NCBI GenBank assembly: GCA_951406725.2
Contig: OX597821.1
Span: 28,086,001 to 28,150,000 of the forward strand
Source of the DNA: Octopus vulgaris
Taxonomy: Eukaryota
Reading direction: 5' to 3'
Length of the DNA: 64,000 nucleotides
Notes under the pieces: model-generated
Databases searched by the model: none
Told to the model about the DNA's origin: nothing
Seen by the model: only the letters and a program-made list of their open reading frames with translations
Shown: in pieces, positions 54,621 to 64,000 of the stretch
How positions within the stretch are numbered: position 1 is the stretch's first letter
Layout of the letters: every line of letters begins with the position of its first letter
Translations under genes and position numbers: made by a program

Positions 54621-54788
54621 TGATAAGAAGAAGAACAAGATGAAGAAGAAGAAGAAGAGCAACAGCAGCAAACGCAACAATAACACGATTAATTTCATTG
54701 TACTACTAATAATAATAATTTGTTTCTGAGCTGCAATGGTAATGGATAAGTGAATATTGTAAGGCAGTATGGAAAAACGATGGGTGTG

Positions 54789-54812
54789 TTAGGGTTAGGG
54801 TTAGGGTTAGGG
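54789..54812 (+). repeat. Interstitial telomeric repeat (TTAGGG)4
   Basis: Four perfect copies. Confidence 0.85.
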
Positions 54813-55128
54813 TGCATGAGTGAATGTGTCTCGGAAAGACAAAATAATATAGAATAAATGAATCTATATGAATATTAATGCAGTATTGTTGGGTTAATTA
54901 GTGGACCCTATGTAGAACACACAATGTATTTTCTATAGAAGTGTCCTCGCTGACAACTTCAGACGACTACTGTTAGCACCATGTGGAAATCAAATCCATA
55001 TACGCTACTCTAAAACAGCTTCCAGTTTACTTACTGTCAGCGTTTCATTCGCTACGCTTACATTCACCGTTTTACATATGTAAAAATTAAAGGGCCTTCA
55101 CTTGATACTCACGATATTAGTTTCATTT

Positions 55129-55332
55129 GATGGCGGCAAGCTGGCAGAAACGTTAGCATGCGGGTGAAATGCGTAGCCGTATTTCGCTTGCCGTTACGTT
55201 CTGAGTTCAAATTCCGCCGAGGTCGACTTTGCCTTCCATCCTTTCGATGTCGATATAATCGACTTAATCCGTTTGTCTGTCCTTGTTTGTCCCCTCTGTG
55301 TTTAGCCCCTTGTGGGTAGTATAGAAATAGGA
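55129..55332 (+). mobile_element. SINE family A with 13-bp TSD
   Basis: TSD ATTAGTTTCATTT at 55116-55128 and 55333-55345. Confidence 0.9.
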
Positions 55333-57069
55333 ATTAGTTTCATTTCTCAATACATTACTTCTTCAATCGCAACCATCACGCAAGAACTGCATCGCGTTCT
55401 TTTTCAGTCCATGGTGGCGACGCAATATTCATGGTAGATATAGCAAGTAGAATTTTACTATTAGTCCGTAAGCCAAAATTGTTTGTGATTTGAATAAGAT
55501 GGTAGAAACAAATCCATCGCTATTTCTTTCTAACAATGTTATTGGAGCTACTATTTCCGAAGACTTTATTCCAAACCGGCAACGTTTCCCGCTTCCCCGA
55601 TTTCATTCCACAAGTAATCCATTAATAACAAATTTGTGACCTAAAAGTCCTCATTAGAGTTTGTTATAATCTTTTTCTGTTAACATTTAGAACTATCATG
55701 TGTGGTTTTAATAGCATCGAATATTCTTTCGTTATGCTGCTGATCTCATAGGTATATGAAATGGCATGAAGGATGAGAGCGACACCATTCGTGTACGCAG
55801 AAAGGCCTTATTGTATTACAGTTGCAGTGGACTGCTCTCAATTCAAATACCGAACGCACAGGGCCGCCGCATGACTTCTAAATTTTAGTTTCGAGTCCCT
55901 ATTTCTTCGATCAAAATTCATAATCAACGCAACTTTATTATCTGCAAAAATCAAACATAGTCCCTTACAGTTTATTGTATTTTAGAATCATATCAGCAGA
56001 GGCTGGTGTGATGATTCTAAAATACAACACATAAAAACTAACGGTATATTTTTATTCTAACCAGCTGTACATAGATAAATAAACACACAAACTTCTGTGT
56101 GTGTGTGTGTGTACGCGCACGCCATGTCTTCGGTACTGAAAGAATTTTGTCGCCAGCTTTTATTGCATTAGGTTAAAGGCTGGGTATAAAGTGACCAGCT
56201 TTTCAACAACGTCAAATAACAACGCCATATATAAATATATATATACACGCACGCAAGCACACGCACGCATATACGCCCACACAACTCCAATCCCCCCACA
56301 CACGCATACACAAATTCACATACACACCTATGCATATACATACACACAATATATGCCTAAACGCGCACACACACATACACATACGTATACACATATAGGC
56401 ACACACACATACGCACACAAAAACATGCGCACACATACGCACGTACACATGCACGCCAATGCACACACCCAGAACTCACAAGCCCACGGATACAGGCATA
56501 TACATCCATATACGCTTACACACGCACACATACAAATGCACACACAACTACACGCACATACGACACGCACGCACATACACACACAAATGAACCCACACAT
56601 ACATCCCATACACACGGCACCCAATTATACATACACGCACACAATTATACATACATATATATACACACATACGCACGTACAAGCACACATTCACTAAGTA
56701 AAGCACAGTTATTCGCCACACACCCAAACTCTACGCATACACACACGAACACACACATACACTCACACGCTACAAACAAAACACACACACGACACATATA
56801 CATACACGCACACACACAAATACTTCAATGACTGACCTGTGACAGGGACAAAAACACCACTCCTTATTCTTACAGACTAGCCAGCTACTCGCCTGTTGTT
56901 TACAGCTACAACCACACACACATACACACACACACACGCACACACACACACGTGTCATCATTGCACACATACACACACACACACGCACACACACACACGT
57001 GTCATCATTGCACAAATACACACACACAGACACACGCAGACGACCGCGCACGCACACATCCACACTTAC

Positions 57070-57372
57070 ACACATTCTCCCTCCTACATTCCGCTGTCTT
57101 TGACCATACTACTCTTCTGTCTTTGAAAACATCTTTCTTCAACCTTTCTCCTTCCGGTCTTTCAAAATGTGACCTCGTGTGTACCGTTGGCGATTTTTTC
57201 CCCTCTGTCTTCTCTTCTCTGGATCTTTTCTTCTCCTATGTCTCCGAGGAAGAGCTCCGCTCGAAACGTTAAACCCTCCGTCTTCCCTTCTTTCCTGAGC
57301 GTCCAATAATACTATATTTGTTCCACGTCCTCGCGTTGTTGTGTTTTTTTGTGTTTTCTTGTTTGGATTAAC
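57070..57372 (+). mobile_element. Penelope-like 3' end (pLTR) with hammerhead-like motif
   Basis: CCGAGGA-A-GAGC tcc GCTC-GAAA-CGTTA at 57244-57271; CCTGAGCGTCCAATAATAC tail. Confidence 0.55.
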
Positions 57373-57393
57373 TATATATATATATATAAATAA

Positions 57394-57472
<79 letters not shown>

Positions 57473-57670
57473 CGGAGAGAGATAGAAATGAATAGAGAAA
57501 GAGGGAGAGACAGTGACTAAGAGACGTGTGTGAATTAGGTATACGATTCTCTCTCTCTCCCCCTCTCTCTCTGAACTGGCCAAAGCCTTGTGAATGAACT
57601 TGGTAGACCGAAACAGATAAAATCTAGACGTATATGTGTGTGTATGCATGTATGGATGTGTGCACGTATA

Positions 57671-57808
57671 CCTATTTCTTTACTACCCACAAGGGGCTAA
57701 ACACAGAGAGGACAAACAAGGAAAGACAAACGGATTAAGTCTATTTTACCGACCCCACTGAATGACTGGTACTTATTTAATCGACCCCGAAAGGATGAAA
57801 GGCAAAGT
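57671..57808 (-). mobile_element. SINE family A, 5'-truncated
   Basis: CCTATTTCTTTACTACCCACAAGGGG...CGACCCCGAAAGGATGAAAGGCAAAGT. Confidence 0.8.
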
Positions 57809-58669
57809 GTGTACGTATACCTGTGTGTGTATGTTTTTATGTATGTATAAATATACAACCCCCACCTTTCATCACCATTGGTTCTTTTTCTTGTCTTTTC
57901 TCTGGAAGTCGTTCTTATTTTCATGCTTACGGATTTCTTTCTTTTTTCTTTTAGGAAATTCCTAGGAAATTCTTTGGAAAGCTTTTTTTTTCATTTATTT
58001 TTTCGTTTCTTTTAAATCTGTTTATGGTACACCGTCGTATTTTTCCGCGTCTGACTTGAAACTTGCAGTTAACATCTTAACCAAAGTAAATAGCTGGCTC
58101 ATTTATGTAGCTTGACCGTAACATGAAGCCCCTCAACCGCGGAGGCCCTCGGCGACCGGAGGGGTTGCATGGGCTTAGTGACGGCCCCCCAAACGCAGAA
58201 TTAGTTCATACTCTTACCGGGAGACACATTTATGTTCAAACACGTTTGTGAAGAATGGTCGTTTGATCTAATTATTATGGAATCACTTTCCATGAGACGG
58301 TATCTGCAACAAAAGTTCCCTGGACAACCGCTAAATTATGGCCTGTCGCGTTTCAAGATTTCCTTGAACTATAATTATTTACGGTATCAATGATATTTCG
58401 CTTACGACGTCTCTACAATTCATCGCATGATGCACGCATGAGGTACAGGACGTATTAGCGCCTGTGGATATGCTGTTGAGATAAAGAATAATGTCTGCTC
58501 CGCACCTAAACACAATCAATGGACATGTATGCCTTAATTCGGTTAGTATTAAAGGGATGGGGTGTGTATAGCTACAAATAAAATTTTGGCCAAGAATCGG
58601 ATATAAATTTTCTTGCTGTTTCTTTTGTTACCTCTGATATCTAAGGCAAACATCCAATAGATATTCTTT

Positions 58670-58820
58670 TTTACTCTAGGCACATGGACCGAAATTTCTG
58701 GGTAAGGTGCCTATAGATTAAATCAACTCCAGTACGTAACCGGTACTTAATTTATCGACCCCAAAAGGGTGACAGGCAAAGTAGACCTCAGTAGAATTTG
58801 AACTCAGAACGTACAGACAG
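58670..58820 (-). mobile_element. SINE family A, degenerate
   Basis: GGTACTTAATTTATCGACCCC...GAATTTGAACTCAGAACG. Confidence 0.7.
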
Positions 58821-60059
58821 AATATTTGATAGATATTGTTGTACGAAGTTTGTACGTATATGTAGCCAGGAAAAATATCCAGAAACAAGCACATAATATG
58901 ATGGTTTTTCTTGTTGCTTCCTTTATTGCTGTTTAGATAAAAATTTAGTGCTGTCTGAGCAGACATATATGACCAAAGATTCCCCAATCTAAGCCATTGT
59001 ATATCTAAGTTACAGTATGATCCACCGCCTCATTTCACTTCGTTTAGGTAAAATCAGGGCAAACAGGGATGCCGTTTGCAGCATCGACGGTTCAGCCGTA
59101 AATCAACACATAATTGCTCAGTTCTATCAGCTAGCAAAACAATAAGCAATAACAGGCGCAACATTTTGCAAGTATATTGACTAAAATTTTAAAAACGTCA
59201 TTCAGAAGAGTTAATCAGGCGAAATTATCGTTTAACCATTGTATTTAGCCGTATACTTTCATTGAAACCTCACTACGTCACTTCATACAATCTTAAATGC
59301 TCTTATTTTGCTGCATAACAAATATATGAGGGCTGCACTGAAAATTTGGCATATATCTGTACAGCGTATTGGTTGCACAATCAAACTGGACAGATTTTTC
59401 TTCCACGACCACTCAGTTACCCTATCCCTATATATACAACTGTTATAGATTTTCATGTATAACAGTTCAAAGGTAAGTGCCCAAAAGTGTAAGGATAATT
59501 TGGTAACTTGACTGACGAGGGAAGGCCGCGAATGACACGTGCTTGATATTTCCTGTCGGTCTTTCTTTTGTTTTTCCTATCCGTTTTCATACCGTCTATT
59601 GGTCAGGATGTTTTCTTGTCACTTGTTGCGTTCTTGCTCCATTTTTTTTTATATCGGTGAGTGTTGCTACAGGAAGTAAACGTGTATAATCCATTTTTGC
59701 TTTAAGATAAAATCTATAAAACAACGCAAATTTTTCATCATAGAAGCAATTATTAAAACTGAATTATCTACTTCAGTTGTATACAGTGTCCTATATCTCA
59801 TCCTTGACTAACAGATAATTGCCGACAGAAGTTTATTTTCCCCAAGAATCAATCCATTTCCTACCAATATCTATCTGAATGCCATAACTCCATCGGCTAA
59901 TTAATATACATCAATATAATTAATAAGTCTGTACAGTCGATGCTTGCTTAACATAATTCCTATCCGTTTGTCTAAACCACGAGCACAGTGGCATCGTATT
60001 AAAATGCTTCAAATATTTAGGGATATAATGTCCCAACTGTCAATCAGTAAACGAAGAAC

Positions 60060-60123
<64 letters not shown>

Positions 60124-60127
60124 ATGA

Positions 60128-60360
60128 TGATGATCATCATCGTTTAACGTCCGCTTTCCATGCTAGCATGGGCTGGACGGTTCAACTGGAGTCTGGGAAG
60201 CCAGGAGGCTGCACCAGGCCCAGTCTGTTCTGGCAGTGTTTCTACAGCTGGATGCCCTTCCTAACGCCAACCACTCAATGAGTGTAGTGGGTGCTTTTTA
60301 CGTGCCACCGGTACCGGTGCCAGGCGAGGCTGGCAACGGCCACGATCAAATGGTGCTTTA
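60128..60360 (-). mobile_element. SINE/LINE 3' part with RTE-like tail
   Basis: (CAT)n tail, CGTTTAACGTCCGCTTTCCATGC and GGATGCCCTTCCTAACGCCAACC motif. Confidence 0.65.
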
Positions 60361-60799
60361 TCAAAGCCAACGAGTGTGCCTCAAAAATATTAAACAATCA
60401 ACTACCAACATCAATAACTTATATCACAAAAAAACATTGCATTATGCTTATCCATTAAAAGTGCATAGATAAAATATGGGATAATTACCATGGCAAGAAT
60501 ACCTTCAACTACAGAACTCTATGTAGACCAAAGTTCAGTAACAATAATTTTTATGTACTGGAAAACAGCAGAAACCCATGATCTCATATAAATATACACA
60601 TGCACCCACACACTCGCACACACACCACAACTACACATACACACAAACTTATGCAGAAGCACAAATACATGCATTTTAAATAATAACGCAAATATATGCC
60701 TATATGTGAACACTGAGGCTGCATGTAAGCTTCTTATTCACGTCTATTCTGAGAGTTTTATAAAAGCCTTTCATCTCTTCAAAATTTACATTGATGTAT

Positions 60800-61097
60800 G
60801 TTTGTTTGTTCCTTCTCGAGCCATGCCCGGCTCATAAGGGCCGGTTTTCAGGTTTTTTGGCATATAGGTTTCCCCACCTGGACGGGACGCCGGACCATCG
60901 CAGGTGAGCTGCAAGATGCAGGGGGAAAGAGTGAGAGAAAGTTGTGGTGAAAGAGTCAGCAGAAGTTTGCCCTTACCTTCTGCCGGAGCTGCATGGAGCT
61001 TAGGTGTTTCGCTCATAAACACACACATCGCCCGGTCTGAGATTCGGACCCGCGGTCACTCGACCGCGAGTCCGCTGCTCTAACCACTAGGCCATGT
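60800..61097 (-). mobile_element. tRNA-derived SINE (family B head, different body)
   Basis: Minus strand GGCCTAGTGGTTAGAGCAGCGGACTCGCGGTCG...CTCAGACCGGG...GAGCGAAACACCTAAGCTCCA. Confidence 0.8.
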
Positions 61098-61736
61098 GAC
61101 TCAACACATTGATGTACACTGAGTCTGAGCATAAATTTCCCTGTATCTGTTCTCATTTTATCTATTTCTGCTCGACAAGAACACAACAGAAAACATACAG
61201 ACCTCCGTCCCATGACTAACGCTAGTTTTCAGAGTGGTCTTTCTTCCTAGATTGCCCAAGACCAAATTATTAAATTTACTTAAAATATATGAAACAAGGT
61301 GTCCTCTCAATTTTCTTTACATTTAAACGTATCATTTTATACTGCAGAACATTTATCAGTATAATTTTCGTCTGACACCTTGAATATTTATTCAATCATT
61401 TATGTAGTTTCTTGTTTAAATCACACTAGACATACGTACTTGGACTAAAATATAATTTTATCTCCGCTTCGAACTAATGGACATTTATATTTCTGTCTTG
61501 GATTCGTATCCCGATCGAAATCCGCATTTAAACACTCTCATTCTTCTTTCTGTATCTTTCTCTTTTTATAATTTCTCCCTCTCTCTCTCTTCCTCTCTCT
61601 CTCCCTCTTTCTCAATTATAATATTGACGTATATTACATACGTATTAAGCAAATAGACATGAGCAGGGTGTAAGCTCAACGGATGTCGATAAACATGCAT
61701 ACATTTATACATACATACCTATACATACATGCAAAC

Positions 61737-61785
<49 letters not shown>

Positions 61786-62720
61786 CACACACAAACATAC
61801 ATGTACATACATACACACACATATATATACATAAATACACATATACATATTCACACACACACACACATATATATATATCAATATGTATGGGTATGTGCGA
61901 ATATTTATGCATATACGCGTATGTACATGTGTGTGTTTATGTGTGAATATTTATGTTCGTACGCATGTGTGGATTTCACTCTTAATCTATATTTTTCTAT
62001 ATATTCACATAATTTGTTATTATCGATACATGAGACGCCATATTGTAATATCTCTTTAGGCAAATGAAACGTTTAACTTCCCACCAAATTTGTACTGGTC
62101 CTCCCGGATCCTCGGAGCTTAAAAACTAACGATATATTGATTCTACATTAATATTTGACATCAGAAATTCAGTGGTGTTGCTTACTTGTTATACGGAAAA
62201 GGTCGATAGCTCTTAAGCTTGAATACATATCCAATATCATGTAGACTATATTAACCAATCTTTTTATTCGGTTAGGACATTGATCTCTGTTATGACCCTC
62301 CCGCTAATGTCTATGCGGCAGATATAATAGAAAATAGCATATTGACTTTAGAGTAAACAGTTTTCAGTGGTCAAAATCTGTATGTGTGTATGTATGTATG
62401 CATCTCGCTATCGTTCTCAGTCTCTCTTTCTCTCCTCATTTCCCTCTCTCTGCATATATATATATATGTGTGTGTGTGAGTGTGTGTGTGTATGTATACA
62501 CACACACAGACGTATATATATATGCATATATACACCCATAAATAAATAGACAGATAGATGACACCTGCATACATAAAGACATATATTTAGCTCTATCCGA
62601 AATAGATAACTAGCACTCTCGCAGACAGCTGGCTCGGAATATGTTACATCGTGTATTTCTGATATATATATATATATATATATACATATGTATATATATA
62701 TATATATGTATGTATGTATG

Positions 62721-62752
<32 letters not shown>

Positions 62753-63157
62753 TGTATGTATGTATGTATGTATGTATGTATGCATGTATATATATATGTA
62801 TGTATGTATGCATGCATGAATGTATGTATATATGTATGTAGGTATGTATGTACGTATGTGTGTGTATGTATATATATATGTGGCTCTGAATACAGATGTA
62901 GTTGAATTTCCTATTGCGCAAGACGGTTAAATATGGAAAACGTGCAATTATAAGACGTTTCAACGAATTGTGATACACACAAGATTTAGTCTGCCTGGTC
63001 CACTTAACCCACAAGAAATTCTAAACGTTATTCATATAATTACAGTTGATGAACACCTGTCTGCAATTTCTAATAATTCAAACCAGTTCAAAGAAGAGAA
63101 ATGGCCTGTCTTTTGAGTATATGGGAGCCTAAAGTCTTACACACATACAAACAAATA

Positions 63158-63199
<42 letters not shown>

Positions 63200-63201
63200 A
63201 A

Positions 63202-63277
<76 letters not shown>

Positions 63278-63295
63278 TGTATGTATGTGTGTATG

Positions 63296-63338
<43 letters not shown>

Positions 63339-63359
63339 TTGTGTATGTGTGTATGTATG

Positions 63360-63390
<31 letters not shown>

Positions 63391-63411
63391 ATGTTTGTGC
63401 ATGTATGTGTG

Positions 63412-63452
<41 letters not shown>

Positions 63453-63542
63453 TATATACTATATAAAATTATTTTTATGTAATAGAAAAGAATCACGTTT
63501 ATACTTCAAAAACTGTATTAAGAAATCGTCATAGATTTTCAG

Positions 63543-63603
<61 letters not shown>

Positions 63604-63885
63604 CATGTATATATAGTGTTTTTGTGTGTATGTCTGTGTACGCGCGTGTGTGTTCGAGCAGGTGTGCGTTTGTCTCTGTATCTGTCCACATATATATCTA
63701 CATATGATTCGATCTATCTCTCTTTCTATATATTTTATACGTTTCAGCCCAAAGTTTGCGGCCTAGGGTTACCAGGTATACCGGTGTGCTCCAGCATAGC
63801 CGTAGGCTTAGGGCTAAAACGTCATAAGGGAAAAAATTTTTGTAAGATATCTTGATAGAAATGTGGACAGATGCAAAAAGAAACA

Positions 63886-63974
<89 letters not shown>

Positions 63975-64000
63975 CACCGTGATCACCGTGACTGACCAGG

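Larger units (their letters stand above)
55859..58189. mobile_element. Non-autonomous hAT-like element with nested insertions
   Basis: Termini CAGGGCCGCC / GACGGCCCCC (7/10), 8-bp TSD CGAACGCA/CAAACGCA (7/8), GC-rich GGCCC/GCCCC subterminal motifs. Confidence 0.65.

Noticed and set aside
59512-59545. CTGACGA...GAA hammerhead-like motif
   Set aside because: No GAAA and no stem II or stem I pairing.

Overview
AT-rich eukaryotic genomic DNA, extremely dense in microsatellites ((TA)n, (CA)n, (TATC)n, (AAT)n, (TAC)n) and interspersed repeats. The SINE repertoire and simple-repeat load suggest an octopus/cephalopod genome (inference). Nearly all ORF-track entries are microsatellite artefacts. Host coding signal is sparse: a + strand terminal exon at ~37866-38123 whose C-terminus (NVLRDIINMLQNLTEELDVILE) resembles the Caskin tail, and a possible upstream exon ending at a GT donor at 115/116. 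The rest is a record of transposable elements. It includes about five SINE families, two non-autonomous Helitrons with intact termini, two 8-bp-TSD MITEs carrying (CCCTAA)n, a hAT-like element with TSD, and Tc1 and mariner relics. It also includes CR1/L2-, RTE- and R4/Dong-type LINE relics and Penelope-like elements with minimal hammerhead ribozymes and inverted ends. Most interesting leads: (1) a decayed reading frame at ~55.0-58.65 kb, visible once a SINE and a hAT insertion are removed, with motif spacing like a class III (gB/chuvirus-G-like) viral fusion glycoprotein; (2) an RTE that from memory resembles decapod crustacean RTEs, suggesting possible horizontal transfer; (3) a twin-priming-like inversion in a Penelope RT; (4) telomere-repeat-carrying MITEs. 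Coordinates were counted by hand, and family assignments come from motif recognition, not database searches.
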